Numbered from the stretch's first letter, positions 1-9,900 are shown. The stretch is 29,700 nt of DNA from Candidatus Subterrananammoxibius californiae (GCA_030586555.1 JAURAC010000036.1:1-29700); one strand, 5' to 3'. Notes: a model not told the origin generated them from the sequence alone. Program-made: numbers and translations.

Positions 1-55
1 GGTCGAGATTACTACTTAACAAAAAATTATGACATTCAAAAATACATTAGCATTA
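1..55. repeat. Terminal direct repeat (copy 1); circular assembly overlap
   Basis: Bases 1-55 are identical to 29646-29700; 55 is a common assembler k-mer length. Confidence 0.95.
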
Positions 56-592
56 CTGTTCGCAACGTTTGTTGTTTCGGGAATAGTCGCAGCGATAATT
101 GCCGTGATGAGTCCTGAAATTGTGTTTGGTTCCATCACTACTTACGCTCCCAACACTTGTTACACTGCGGCAGCGACCACAACCGAGTCACGAATTACAG
201 TCGGAGCAGGGACGACGACAGTTGACTGCTTCCTTGGAGATGGCGGAGCACAAGCAACGCTCTTGACGATTTTCCACGCATCATCAACATCAGCAGTGCT
301 TCACATTGACGCTGAATACTCAACTGACGGCATTAATTTCTTCCCTGACCACCTGGCGAGTTCAACCAACTCTGCAAGAACAATTGCTTGGACGTTTGCT
401 TCAAGCACTGTCAGCCAGCAAGGAGTGGCGGCGACACCCGTATGTTTCGCTGGAGCAATTCAGGAGGTTGATTGTGCAAGGCGGGCTATGGATATTCCCG
501 TTCAGACACGATATGTTCGCGTGATTTACACCGCTACCGGAGCAACGGCTCACATCTGGGGACAATTGGTTCCGAAAGTGGACGTAAACTAG
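29..592 (+). CDS. Signal-anchored Thr/Ser-rich beta-rich protein of the virion module
   Basis: N-terminal hydrophobic helix (LALLFATFVVSGIVAAIIAVM), ASST x3, ATTT; lies between portal and scaffold. Confidence 0.7.
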   Translation: MTFKNTLALLFATFVVSGIVAAIIAVMSPEIVFGSITTYAPNTCYTAAATTTESRITVGAGTTTVDCFLGDGGAQATLLTIFHASSTSAVLHIDAEYSTDGINFFPDHLASSTNSARTIAWTFASSTVSQQGVAATPVCFAGAIQEVDCARRAMDIPVQTRYVRVIYTATGATAHIWGQLVPKVDVN

Positions 593-612
593 CACTTTGA
601 CAATCGAATAAT

Positions 613-712
613 AGAAACATGACGGCTTGGGGGCGCGAATTCGGCTCCTAAGTGAGTTAGTCATGTTTCTCACTTAGGATACGACCCCGCTCCCTCAAGC
701 GGGGTTTATCCA
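613..712 (+). ncRNA. Structured leader: interleaved inverted repeats followed by a terminator-like hairpin
   Basis: AGAAACATGAC 613-623 pairs with 660-670; TCCTAAGTGAG 646-656 pairs with 669-679; ACCCCGCT/AGCGGGGT 684-705 followed by a T-rich tract. Confidence 0.55.
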
Positions 713-726
713 TTTTATCCATCACT

Positions 727-864
727 ATGACTACATTAAATGAAGCACGCATGCCTTCTCTCGCCGACAAACTTGAGGCGAAGGACATTGAGCGTGTAAT
801 TGCAGAAACCGAAGTACCGGAAGTTCCCAAGAAAGGTCGCATTACTAAAAAAAATAAAAAGTAA
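727..864 (+). CDS. Small hypothetical protein (45 aa, basic C-terminus)
   Basis: Hand-translated MTTLNEARMPSLADK...KKNKK; stop lies 2 nt before the next ATG. Confidence 0.65.
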   Translation: MTTLNEARMPSLADKLEAKDIERVIAETEVPEVPKKGRITKKNKK

Positions 865-866
865 CC

Positions 867-1412
867 ATGAACACACAAAATCTAGCGCTAGGTTTGGTGA
901 TTGTTGTTGTCGCTTTTACGGGGGCCTTTGCAGGCTCCAAACGCCCCGCAGTGGTTGAAAGAATTGTAGAAAGGACGCTCGGTGCCGTTGCTGGCCCAGA
1001 CCGTTATAGCCCTTGTGAGACTAGGGACGGAATCAAGCAGTGTTTCCGGACACAAGCTCTTACGACTGCTTCAACGACCATCTGTGCAATCCAGTCACCT
1101 AGTGCAACAAGTAGCTTGCTTAGAGCGTCAGTCAATTTTCGAACAAGCTCGACCACAGCCGGCCTAGTTACGATGGCGCGTGCAACCACCGCCTTTGCAA
1201 CCACAACGCTAATAGGCGACCCAACATCTTCGGGAACGGGAGCACTAACACTTATCGCCTCAACCACCGCTGACCAAAATGATGCGGGGCCAGTTAGCGT
1301 CCCAACCGTATTCCCTCCGAGCACTTGGTTCGTTGTAGGAATGTCAGGAGGATTACAGGCCAGCACGTTTAGCCCTACAGGAACATGTCAGACAACCTTC
1401 GAGGTTCTCTAG
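867..1412 (+). CDS. Signal-anchored Thr/Ser-rich protein of the head module
   Basis: N-terminal TM helix, Cys pairs, repeated ASTT/ATTT. Confidence 0.7.
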   Translation: MNTQNLALGLVIVVVAFTGAFAGSKRPAVVERIVERTLGAVAGPDRYSPCETRDGIKQCFRTQALTTASTTICAIQSPSATSSLLRASVNFRTSSTTAGLVTMARATTAFATTTLIGDPTSSGTGALTLIASTTADQNDAGPVSVPTVFPPSTWFVVGMSGGLQASTFSPTGTCQTTFEVL

Positions 1413-1483
1413 AGGTTCTCACACCTTATCAACAGTGAAATGCGTTCATGGTCTACGTTTAAAAGACCGAAAAATAAACAGTT

Positions 1484-2041
1484 ATGGACACTGACAAAAC
1501 AACCGAACAAGTTACCGTTGACTCCAACGGAGTAGATGAGACGCCGGAAGTCGAGAGCATATCGATTCCCAGAAAGGAATACGACACGCTCAATCAGACG
1601 CTCGGCTCTCTCAAAAAGCAACTCAAGGACTTCAAAAAAGCCCAAGAAGTTGCCGAAGAAACTACTGAAAAAACAAAAGCACAAGAATTCGGACTTTTAC
1701 AGAAATCTTATCTTCGTTCAGCAGGAATTGTTGACGAAGAAGAAGTAGAGCTTGCGCGTGAAATTCAGGAGAAAACAGGCATGGAATGGGATAAGTTGCC
1801 AGATGATGACTACTTCCAATCCCGCCTTAAAAAGTTTCGCCAATCACGAGAAAACGTCTTTGCAACCACTAACATTAAAGGTGGTGCAGAGTCCTCGGAA
1901 GCGAAAAGCAAACCTGAATACTGGCTGGCCAAAGGGGTTCCCCCAATGCCCAATCAGGTTCCTAATCGGAAGTTACGTGCAAACATTGCCCGCGCATTCT
2001 TAGCAAACGCTAAGATAGGCAAGAAGTTCTACGATGATTGA
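1484..2041 (+). CDS. Putative capsid scaffolding protein
   Basis: Acidic N-terminus, charged coiled-coil, immediately upstream of the capsid gene. Confidence 0.65.
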   Translation: MDTDKTTEQVTVDSNGVDETPEVESISIPRKEYDTLNQTLGSLKKQLKDFKKAQEVAEETTEKTKAQEFGLLQKSYLRSAGIVDEEEVELAREIQEKTGMEWDKLPDDDYFQSRLKKFRQSRENVFATTNIKGGAESSEAKSKPEYWLAKGVPPMPNQVPNRKLRANIARAFLANAKIGKKFYDD

Positions 2042-2082
2042 GTCGAAATAGTCCGAGATTAGAAAAATCTAACTAATCTCTT

Positions 2083-2958
2083 ATGGCAATTGCAAACACA
2101 ATCACCTACGAGACAATATATGAAGATATATTGCAAGACCGCCTAGACCGCCCGACCACGTGGAAGGAACTCTGCGATGTGACCATCATGAACACTCGCG
2201 TTCTTTCTTCCTCATACATGTCCACGACTCCGACTGTAAACACAGTTACGCGAGGAACGGGACTTGTGGCGAACACCTTTGCAGAGACCGCAGAATCCAT
2301 GACGATTTCTACGGGCCGCGACATTGGCTTGTTCGTTGATTGGGCAGACTTGGCACAGTCGGACTGGACGAAACCAGCAGAATTGTTTGACCGTATCGGT
2401 GCACTCTTGAATGAATACATCGAGTCAAACTTCCTCGCTCGGCACGCTTCGTGGACTAACTTCGGAACGGTAGACATCGGAGGAGGTGGCACAAGCACAA
2501 GTACTATCACCATTTCAGCTTCAAACATTGATGATGTCATCCGTGGCGTGAAGCGCGAAATCCGTGAAGGAAACGGCCAGTTGTTCATGAACATGAACGG
2601 CGTCGGCTTTTGCTGGCGAGCGGCTGACTTCGAGTATCTCGAAGCGTTCGTTCAAGCGAACGGGTTTATGACCGCAGATGACGCACTCAAGGAAGGAACA
2701 GTCGAAGGACTGCGCTACTTGGGTTGCGACCACTACTGGTCAAACGACCACACCGCGAACCACGTCTTCGCTGGAGTAAAGAAGATTGAACGCATGGGTA
2801 TCCTTCGTGGAACCTACGGGAAAGCGCACACAATAGACTTCCCCGCGGCAGACACGAACACTTATCTTTCCGGTCAGTCGTTCTACTCTCGTGTGGACGT
2901 TGGGAACCTCACACCTTCAGCACATTCGGGCATCGTGTTCGATGTGAACGTTGCGTAG
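2083..2958 (+). CDS. Major capsid protein (HK97 fold, P22-coat-like)
   Basis: 291 aa, follows the scaffold, coat-like composition, followed by a hairpin. Confidence 0.75.
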   Translation: MAIANTITYETIYEDILQDRLDRPTTWKELCDVTIMNTRVLSSSYMSTTPTVNTVTRGTGLVANTFAETAESMTISTGRDIGLFVDWADLAQSDWTKPAELFDRIGALLNEYIESNFLARHASWTNFGTVDIGGGGTSTSTITISASNIDDVIRGVKREIREGNGQLFMNMNGVGFCWRAADFEYLEAFVQANGFMTADDALKEGTVEGLRYLGCDHYWSNDHTANHVFAGVKKIERMGILRGTYGKAHTIDFPAADTNTYLSGQSFYSRVDVGNLTPSAHSGIVFDVNVA

Positions 2959-2992
2959 TTCTCATACTCTGCCTCTTTACGGGGGTGGGGAT

Positions 2993-3571
2993 ATGGAAAT
3001 TAAAATAGCAATCGGAATACCAAACACAGGGTCTATAAAGGCACAGACCGCTTTTTGTCTATTCCGTATGCTCAAAGGAATTCCCTACGAATACAGCATC
3101 CTCTTTAAGGAAGGGAGTATCCTACATGCCAATCGTGAGACCATCGCCAAACTGGCGATTGAGAAAGGTTTTACTCACCTCCTTTTTCTCGATAGTGATA
3201 TGTATTTCGAGGCAAACGCATTAAAACAACTTATCGAAAGAGACAAAGACATCATTGGAGCCAATTATTATCTTCGTAAACTTCCCAAGACCACGACAGT
3301 TAAGATGGCTCCCGAAAAGAAGGCGCATCTTGCCGAAGAAGCACCAGATGGATTGTTTACCTGTGACGCAGTAGGGACGGGTTTCCTACTTATCAAGACG
3401 GACGTATTCAAGAAACTTCCCCACCCGTGGTTCTTTTGGAAGTCGGACGAACAAGGGGATGTCTTGGAGGGAGAAGACTCATGGTTTTGTCGCCAGGCAC
3501 GTGAAGCGGGATTTGACGTGTGGTGTGATTTACAGGTCGTTATTAAACATATAGGAGATTATTTATATTGA
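2993..3571 (+). CDS. GT-A fold (GT2-like) glycosyltransferase, paralog 1
   Basis: IAIGIP, HLLFLDSD (DxD), GTGFLLI, GEDSWFC, IKHIG motifs; ATG 2993 preferred over TTG 2951. Confidence 0.8.
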   Translation: MEIKIAIGIPNTGSIKAQTAFCLFRMLKGIPYEYSILFKEGSILHANRETIAKLAIEKGFTHLLFLDSDMYFEANALKQLIERDKDIIGANYYLRKLPKTTTVKMAPEKKAHLAEEAPDGLFTCDAVGTGFLLIKTDVFKKLPHPWFFWKSDEQGDVLEGEDSWFCRQAREAGFDVWCDLQVVIKHIGDYLY

Positions 3572-3572
3572 T

Positions 3573-4298
3573 ATGACTATTGCTGACATTGAAACGTTGA
3601 CTAGGTTCCTAACTCGAACCAACACCACGAGCCTGACCGCCGCACAGATTTTGATATTGGAGAATAAATACTACGAACAGATTGTAGGAAGGATTATCAC
3701 TGAAACTTCCGGTGCTGATTGGCAGTTTGGAGACAGAAACTACACTGCATTTCCCACCTTCACGCTCACATTGGTCAATGCAACCGCCGCTTATGACCTG
3801 AATGCTCCAACAACCGCTCCCCTGACCGTGTATGGCGTTGAGGTGCTTACCAATGGGGGAATTTGGTATCCGCTCAAGAGAACGTCCTACCGGAAAATAC
3901 GAGAAGCTGGCTACGCACAGCCCGAATATTACAAGACGGCCGGTCAACCTCTTGAGTATGAAATAAGAGATAGCCAGATAGTCCTTTACCCTGCTCCTGA
4001 CAATGGAGTGACTGTAACTCTTACTAACGGGTTACGAATCTATTACCTCCGCACCGCCGATGTATTCACATCCGCACAAGTCACGACGGGAACGAAAGTA
4101 CCGGGGTTCCCCATTCCTTGGCATGACTTGATGTCTTATGGGCCTGCGTATGACTACGCGCTCGCCAATGGTCTTTCCACAGCGAATCACTTCAAGGCTG
4201 AATATGACAGACGAATGAAAGAAATGCTTGCGTTTATCTCTAAACGCGACCAGGATACGAGAACAATCATGACGCCAAAGAGAACCCAATATATATGA
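3573..4298 (+). CDS. Head-tail adaptor / tail tubular protein A-like
   Basis: Post-capsid position; GQPLEY...LYPAPD and PIPWHDL motifs typical of podovirus adaptors. Confidence 0.65.
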   Translation: MTIADIETLTRFLTRTNTTSLTAAQILILENKYYEQIVGRIITETSGADWQFGDRNYTAFPTFTLTLVNATAAYDLNAPTTAPLTVYGVEVLTNGGIWYPLKRTSYRKIREAGYAQPEYYKTAGQPLEYEIRDSQIVLYPAPDNGVTVTLTNGLRIYYLRTADVFTSAQVTTGTKVPGFPIPWHDLMSYGPAYDYALANGLSTANHFKAEYDRRMKEMLAFISKRDQDTRTIMTPKRTQYI

Positions 4299-5734
4299 TA
4301 GGTAAAGAGCAACTTGTTATTGACTGGCGCGATTTCGTAAGAGGAATGTCCTCCTCAAATGAAATGGCTGATGGTGGCTTCTCGCCTAATACCGATTGTA
4401 TCAACCTCCTCACTACCCCGGGAGTTGTTTATAATGCCGCCGCGCCCGTGAACAGAAGCACGGGGGCAACGGGGCAAATGATTGCTAGTTGTGAAGACCC
4501 ATCGGGTAACTACCAACGCATATTTCTTTCCTCGGACGCTAACGATGACGGCCAACTTTACTCTGCTACCAGCAACGGGACATTAACCGCTAGGGGTTCC
4601 GAGGATACGACTCAAAATTATATTCAAGGACGGGCTGATATGGTAGCGTATCAGGGTGAAGTCTATTTTACCTCCAACGAATATGTTGGACGTTACTCAT
4701 CTATCGGAAGCTCTAATACTGTTAATCCTCAATTCTTCTTGTTCAACTCTGCGCTCGTTCCGCATCCGGCTCTAGTATACGAAGACAACATTTTTTATGG
4801 AGACGGCAACCTACTCCGAAGACAGACCTCGGCTGGTGGGACACCAGCAACCATTTTGACGCTGGCAACGGGAATTATCATCGTTGCGCTCGGTATTGAC
4901 CCCGGAAGTGGAAAAATGCTCATCAGTTATGTCTCACAACTCAATGTGAGTGGAACAATAAACACCCAATCTCGTGTCGGTTTCTATGATGGACTCTCGA
5001 ACAAACTCGACCGTACAGTTATCATCGAAGAAATGATTACAGCCTTCCCTACCGCCGAGGGTGTTCAATATGCCTCCTATGGTCCTTATCTTGGCTATTG
5101 GAACGGCTCTGGAGTCTCGTTCCTTAGACGTTTTGCAAATATCGCCTACGACAATACGGAGTTGATGTATAAACATCATTTCACCAGTATCGGGAGCACG
5201 CTCTACTTTATAGACAATCTTCAAATTATTGCTCATGGGCATCCCTATCAAGGCAGTCCAAAAGTCTTTTACCCCGCCTTTAGAAATAGGGTGAACTCCA
5301 ACAACTTTTTTCATGTTGCTAACCTAGGTAACAACTTGCTGTGTTTTTCAATGTCCACTAGTTTGTTTTATACCGTAGATGTAACTAGTGTCTCCGACTC
5401 CAACACTCTTTCTTTTGATACTAATGTGTATCGCTTCCCCCGCACGATTGAGATTACAGGTTTTTTCATCGAATATGCCGACGCTGTAGGAGCGTCGGTG
5501 TTACCGGGCACGCTCCTCTATCTCAATAAATCGGTGATAGGCAATTCAACTGCTTTTCTAGGTCTTTCTTCTCTGACTAATACCGCCTCAAGCGGAATTC
5601 GAGAAACTCTCCCTGATGTTTTGGGCGCAGCTAGTAGCAGGGGTAGGACGTTCCAGTTTCGATTTACGCAATCCGATAGTGCGGTAAACATAGGAATCTG
5701 TCGCATTATTATTTATTACAACGTAGTTGAATGA
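4295..5734 (+). CDS. Tail tubular protein B / P22 gp10-like DNA stabilization protein
   Basis: 479 aa beta-propeller-like composition, N-terminal DF..GM motif, follows the adaptor. Confidence 0.6.
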   Translation: MIGKEQLVIDWRDFVRGMSSSNEMADGGFSPNTDCINLLTTPGVVYNAAAPVNRSTGATGQMIASCEDPSGNYQRIFLSSDANDDGQLYSATSNGTLTARGSEDTTQNYIQGRADMVAYQGEVYFTSNEYVGRYSSIGSSNTVNPQFFLFNSALVPHPALVYEDNIFYGDGNLLRRQTSAGGTPATILTLATGIIIVALGIDPGSGKMLISYVSQLNVSGTINTQSRVGFYDGLSNKLDRTVIIEEMITAFPTAEGVQYASYGPYLGYWNGSGVSFLRRFANIAYDNTELMYKHHFTSIGSTLYFIDNLQIIAHGHPYQGSPKVFYPAFRNRVNSNNFFHVANLGNNLLCFSMSTSLFYTVDVTSVSDSNTLSFDTNVYRFPRTIEITGFFIEYADAVGASVLPGTLLYLNKSVIGNSTAFLGLSSLTNTASSGIRETLPDVLGAASSRGRTFQFRFTQSDSAVNIGICRIIIYYNVVE

Positions 5735-6242
5735 TATGCCAGAAATCGAAAGAAAAATTGATGAGTTGCGACGAGAACTTTTCAACCATGACCACAATGG
5801 AACTGCTTATCGTCCGATTTATTTTCACAACATTCTAGGAGGGGTTCCCTCGAATGTGAACGTGGTTTCGGGGACAATCGCCACTACTGGTAATACAGAT
5901 ATTTACATGATTGCCCCTATCGCCGGTAACATGGTTTCCTGTGATTTTTCAGCCCTCGATGCTCTGGCCGCGAATGACACGAACTATATTACTTGGTTAT
6001 TCGCTAATCTAGGGCAGGACGGGAACAGTGCAACGTCTATGCTTTCGGCTACTAACACGAACACAACTAAGGCTACGGGGGGGACTGCTATTTCAGCCAA
6101 TACCGTACGTTCACTTTTGGTGAACGAAACATATGGGAATTCGTTGGTTGCCGCTGGTGATAGATTGCGTCTTAGAGCATCCGTAACCGGAACCCTCGCC
6201 AACACTGTTACGGCTCCTGTGTATATGCTCCGATTTAAATAA
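5727..6242 (+). CDS. Virion structural protein (tail-associated)
   Basis: N-terminal coil with HDHNG motif, beta-rich C-terminus. Confidence 0.5.
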   Translation: MNDMPEIERKIDELRRELFNHDHNGTAYRPIYFHNILGGVPSNVNVVSGTIATTGNTDIYMIAPIAGNMVSCDFSALDALAANDTNYITWLFANLGQDGNSATSMLSATNTNTTKATGGTAISANTVRSLLVNETYGNSLVAAGDRLRLRASVTGTLANTVTAPVYMLRFK

Positions 6243-6256
6243 AGGTCACCTTATCA

Positions 6257-6265
6257 TGGTATAAT
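6257..6265 (+). promoter_or_regulatory. Extended -10 promoter (TGGTATAAT), near-leaderless
   Basis: TATAAT 6260-6265, 9 nt before ATG 6275. Confidence 0.55.
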
Positions 6266-6274
6266 AAAGATAAT

Positions 6275-7648
6275 ATGCCCTCTCAAACTCCCGAACAGAA
6301 AAGAAGAAGTTACCTTGATGCTGGAGTTCCAATCACTTCAGATTCCCTACAACCTTTCACCAAACCTCCAATAATAAATGCCCCCCAAATCCCGCCAGTT
6401 CCCTTCGTGCCTTCACCTGTAGCTGAACAAGTCCCGTCTGCACCTGACGCTTTGACTAACATTGAACAAGCTCTCCAGCAGACATTAGGAAAAGACCAAA
6501 CACTCGAAGCCCGAACACTCGCGGCAACGGCTCCATTTCAGAATCAACTGAGGACTCTCGACGCACGCATTGCAGGATTTGATGCCGCATCGTTAAGGAG
6601 ACAAGAAGAAGCACTTAAATCTGGTGACACGCTCCGTTACTCGACTGGTCTTGCAGGACAAGTAGCCCGGACAGATGCCATCGAACGCTTAACGCTTCTC
6701 GCTCAAAGACAAGCAATTTCAGGAGACATCGCCTCGGCTGAATCAACAGCAAAGATTTCGGTTGATGCACAATTTGCTCAGCAAGAGCAGAACAACGCCG
6801 TCTTGCGGCAGAATATCGTTGATAACTACGATAACTTTACTACCCAACAGAAAAAAAGGGCTGATGCGGCTCTCTTGAAGTTGGATAAAGACGATGCGTT
6901 TGTCTCGCAACAGAAAATAGATAGGTTGGCCATTCAAAACATCGCCCTCAAGGCAGCAGAGTTTACAGCCGATAGTTCGGCAGTCGCCAAAATCCAAAAA
7001 GCCTCGACACCCGAAGAAGCCCTTGCCGCAGCCACGCCCTACTTGCAAAATCCCAAGGCTAAATTGGAGTTGGAATCCGCTCGTCTTGACATCCTCATCA
7101 AACGCAAGGAACTCGAAGCCAAAGGACAGCCGACCAAGGAAGAAATTAAACAAGAAAAAGCCGACCAACAAGCCCGTGAAACGGAAATGGCAAAGGCGCA
7201 ACAGGCGCTCACGGTCATAAATCAATTAAGGTCAAAGTTCGTCCGTCCCGCAATCACGTCAGGGGGCACCGTTACGTCTTCGGGCGAGCGTGCCGTCGGC
7301 CCTTTGGCTGGCCGAGTCCCAACTTTTCGTAAGGAGACCGCCGATTTCGAGCGTGCCCACGAGCAACTCAAGGCGCTTCTCTCGTTGGATAATTACAAAC
7401 TCCTCAAAGGCACAGGTCAGATTTCTAATTATGAGGGTCAACTACTTTCTAACGCCGCAACACAGCTTGATTTGAAAATGTCCGAGAAGTCTTACCAAGC
7501 TGAACTTACAAAACTTGAACAAGCCTTTGATTCAGTTCTTTCAAAATCATCAACACTCTCCACAGAAGATGCTTCGCTTGTAGATGAATTCTTTAATCCA
7601 TCGGGTAGTCTCCCGACACTTGCACCGGCTAATTATTTCAGAAACTAA
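6275..7648 (+). CDS. Putative DNA ejection / internal virion protein
   Basis: Ala/Gln-rich helical protein with a KGTGQISNYE motif; podovirus ejection-gene position. Confidence 0.55.
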   Translation: MPSQTPEQKRRSYLDAGVPITSDSLQPFTKPPIINAPQIPPVPFVPSPVAEQVPSAPDALTNIEQALQQTLGKDQTLEARTLAATAPFQNQLRTLDARIAGFDAASLRRQEEALKSGDTLRYSTGLAGQVARTDAIERLTLLAQRQAISGDIASAESTAKISVDAQFAQQEQNNAVLRQNIVDNYDNFTTQQKKRADAALLKLDKDDAFVSQQKIDRLAIQNIALKAAEFTADSSAVAKIQKASTPEEALAAATPYLQNPKAKLELESARLDILIKRKELEAKGQPTKEEIKQEKADQQARETEMAKAQQALTVINQLRSKFVRPAITSGGTVTSSGERAVGPLAGRVPTFRKETADFERAHEQLKALLSLDNYKLLKGTGQISNYEGQLLSNAATQLDLKMSEKSYQAELTKLEQAFDSVLSKSSTLSTEDASLVDEFFNPSGSLPTLAPANYFRN

Positions 7649-7649
7649 T

Positions 7650-9065
7650 ATGGCTTTGAATGAAATGGAAAAACAAATCCTCGTCTATGCGAAGACGAAT
7701 GGAAAGTCACCGGATGAAGCGAAAGAAGCCATCGAGCGTTTGCGCTCTGGACGCCCCTATACAACAACTATACCCGCTCAACCTGTAGAAACCCCCACGA
7801 GCCAAATCGTAGAGGCAGCCCAACAAGGTATCGAGACAGTCGAAGAGGGCGCGAGTCAGGTTATGTCTGCGAAATCTCCAACAGAGGCCATCACGGGAAA
7901 CATCAAGGCAGGGGCTGGTGTTGTCCAGACCCTCACGGCCCCCCTTGCGCCTTTATTCTCCCCCATTGGGAAATTAATCGGATATGTGAGTGACAAATTG
8001 TCGAATATAAAAGGTGTTCAAGACTTCTCTACTACCCCTGCCGGGGAAGCAACAGCTGCTGGTGCGGAGTTACTTTCTGACGTAGGCACAATAGCGGGGG
8101 CCGCAGTGGGGGCAAAAGGACTTCCCAAGGTTGCTGGCGTTGCATCGGAGGCCGCTGGAGCCGTTTCAGGCGCTCTAGAAGGCATACAAGGTGTTGGTTC
8201 AGTGGGAATTAAGGAGGCCGCAAGCAAAGCAGTCAATCCCGCCGCAATCATGCAACGTGTGGCACGTATTTCAAAAAACAAACAATCGGCGTTTGAGGAA
8301 AGAGCCGGTCAAAGTGTGGGACAATATCTAGTGGATAGAGGAGTCTTTGGTGATGTAGAAAGTCTAACACAACAACTTTTCAACAACTTCATTAAGTCAA
8401 AGAACGCCGCGGATAAAGCTCTCGCCTCACTTCCAGGACAGTTCAAGGCGCGCCCCGTTCAGACAGCGCTGGACGAACTCTTTAAGCGGGAAACCACCAT
8501 ATCCACACCTGGGGCGCCATCTCGTGACTTCGTGCGTGTCAGAGAACTAAGAAACAAATACTCCCAAGAAGGATTGACTCATTCGGAAATTAACGAAGTC
8601 AAACGGCTTTACGAACACAACGTCCGTCTTGATTACATTAAGGAAAACGCCCCCACATCGGTTGAGCGGGCTAATTCAATAGATTCCGCATTGCGAAGAT
8701 GGCAGATAGAACAATCCAAAAAACAAGGTCTCACTAATCTCCAAGATATTAACCGAGAGACCATGCTTGCCCGTCAACTCCTCGATGACCTCGGCGCTGA
8801 ATATGCTGGCGCGGCAGGTAATAACGCCATTACCCTCACGGACTGGATTGTTCTTGCGGGAGGAGACCCAGGTAATGTAGCGGCTTTCTTAACCAAAAAA
8901 GCCCTTTCTTCTAAAGGAGTTATGTCAGGTGTTGCCAAGGCCGTTGCCCCAGCCCCCAAGTCAGGCACCCCCTTCCCCATATTCGAACAACCGTCTTTGA
9001 CGGGTTATGCCGACTTTATTCGTTCTATTGAGGGTCGCGCCACGCCAACCACCCAACAACGATGA
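7650..9065 (+). CDS. Putative DNA ejection / internal virion protein
   Basis: Gly/Ala-rich amphipathic segments; ATG 7650 follows TAA-T. Confidence 0.55.
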   Translation: MALNEMEKQILVYAKTNGKSPDEAKEAIERLRSGRPYTTTIPAQPVETPTSQIVEAAQQGIETVEEGASQVMSAKSPTEAITGNIKAGAGVVQTLTAPLAPLFSPIGKLIGYVSDKLSNIKGVQDFSTTPAGEATAAGAELLSDVGTIAGAAVGAKGLPKVAGVASEAAGAVSGALEGIQGVGSVGIKEAASKAVNPAAIMQRVARISKNKQSAFEERAGQSVGQYLVDRGVFGDVESLTQQLFNNFIKSKNAADKALASLPGQFKARPVQTALDELFKRETTISTPGAPSRDFVRVRELRNKYSQEGLTHSEINEVKRLYEHNVRLDYIKENAPTSVERANSIDSALRRWQIEQSKKQGLTNLQDINRETMLARQLLDDLGAEYAGAAGNNAITLTDWIVLAGGDPGNVAAFLTKKALSSKGVMSGVAKAVAPAPKSGTPFPIFEQPSLTGYADFIRSIEGRATPTTQQR

Positions 9066-9096
9066 CAAATAATATGCCACCTAATACTGCTAACAT
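9025..9096 (-). CDS. 23-aa single-TM peptide, antisense to the late operon
   Basis: MLAVLGGILFVIVVGWLAWRDPQ; TTGACA(9130-9125)-16 nt-TAGGTT(9108-9103)-6 nt-ATG. Confidence 0.5.
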   Translation of the reverse strand: MLAVLGGILFVIVVGWLAWRDPQ

Positions 9097-9144
9097 AGCC
9101 CCAACCTACTACCCCCCCTTAAATTGTCAATGAAGTTATCCCCT

Positions 9145-9900
9145 ATGCCAAACGAACAGAAAATGCAGCAGTTTTTAGACCTCCTCGACGGCAAGAGGCT
9201 TTCCGACGAGCAAGTTGTCCGTATCCTTAAACTCCTCATGGATTTTGCTGTTAAAACACGGGAATCTATGGAGAAAATGGCACGTGAAAAGGGGGCAGAG
9301 ATGTCTAACATAGCCTTGAGGATGAAAGGGGACGCTGACGCCAGCCTCTCTGAAATGAAAGGGAAGATGAACCACCTTTTCGTCCAAGACCAACTCAAAG
9401 CCATAGAGAAATCACTACAAACGACTTTGGACGAAAGAATGAGACAAGTGGAAACACGAGTGAATCTTCTCAAGGACGGAGAAAAGGGTGCTAAAGGTGA
9501 ACGGGGAGAGCGAGGTGAACCCGGAAAGTCAGGCCAGACACCGAACGAGCGCGACATTCACTTAGCTCTTAAACCTTTCATAGAAGACCTTAAAAAGGAA
9601 TGGGACGAGAAACTCAAGAAGTTATCTCAACGCCCCGTTCAAAGGTTCGGAGCCATTGGAGACGCTCATGTGGCTCAATCGTTTGGAAGGATGTTCCGGA
9701 CAGAGACCCCCACAGGTGCTATAGACGGGGCGAATACAACTTACACTGTCACCACTCCAATCAACCAAGTTATCTCGTTTGGTATAAACGGCATGGTCAT
9801 TCACGACAACGAATACACCTTTGCCAACCGCACCGTGACCATGACGACCGCGCTTCCGGCCGGTTTATCAGGAACAACTTTTAGAATCGTATATGTTTAA
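9145..9900 (+). CDS. Coiled-coil plus short collagen-like tail/fiber protein
   Basis: GEKGAKGERGERGEPGKSGQT G-X-Y run; C-terminal ETPTGAIDGANTTY beta domain; start could be 9130 or 9145. Confidence 0.6.
   Translation: MPNEQKMQQFLDLLDGKRLSDEQVVRILKLLMDFAVKTRESMEKMAREKGAEMSNIALRMKGDADASLSEMKGKMNHLFVQDQLKAIEKSLQTTLDERMRQVETRVNLLKDGEKGAKGERGERGEPGKSGQTPNERDIHLALKPFIEDLKKEWDEKLKKLSQRPVQRFGAIGDAHVAQSFGRMFRTETPTGAIDGANTTYTVTTPINQVISFGINGMVIHDNEYTFANRTVTMTTALPAGLSGTTFRIVYV
9478..9540 (+). repeat. Collagen-like G-X-Y repeat (7 triplets)
   Basis: Seen in the translation of the 9145-9900 ORF. Confidence 0.75.

Noticed and set aside
1..55. Biological terminal repeat of the virion DNA
   Set aside because: Length matches a common assembler k-mer and the repeat cuts through a gene start, so it is most likely an assembly overlap
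1411..1440. preQ1-I riboswitch
   Set aside because: AGAGGTTC start is similar, but the loop is too short, there is no long A-tract and no queuosine genes are nearby
2106..9557. Long antisense ORFs such as 2106-2594, 6743-7225 and 9090-9557
   Set aside because: They are shadows of well-supported + strand genes and have no motifs or expression signals
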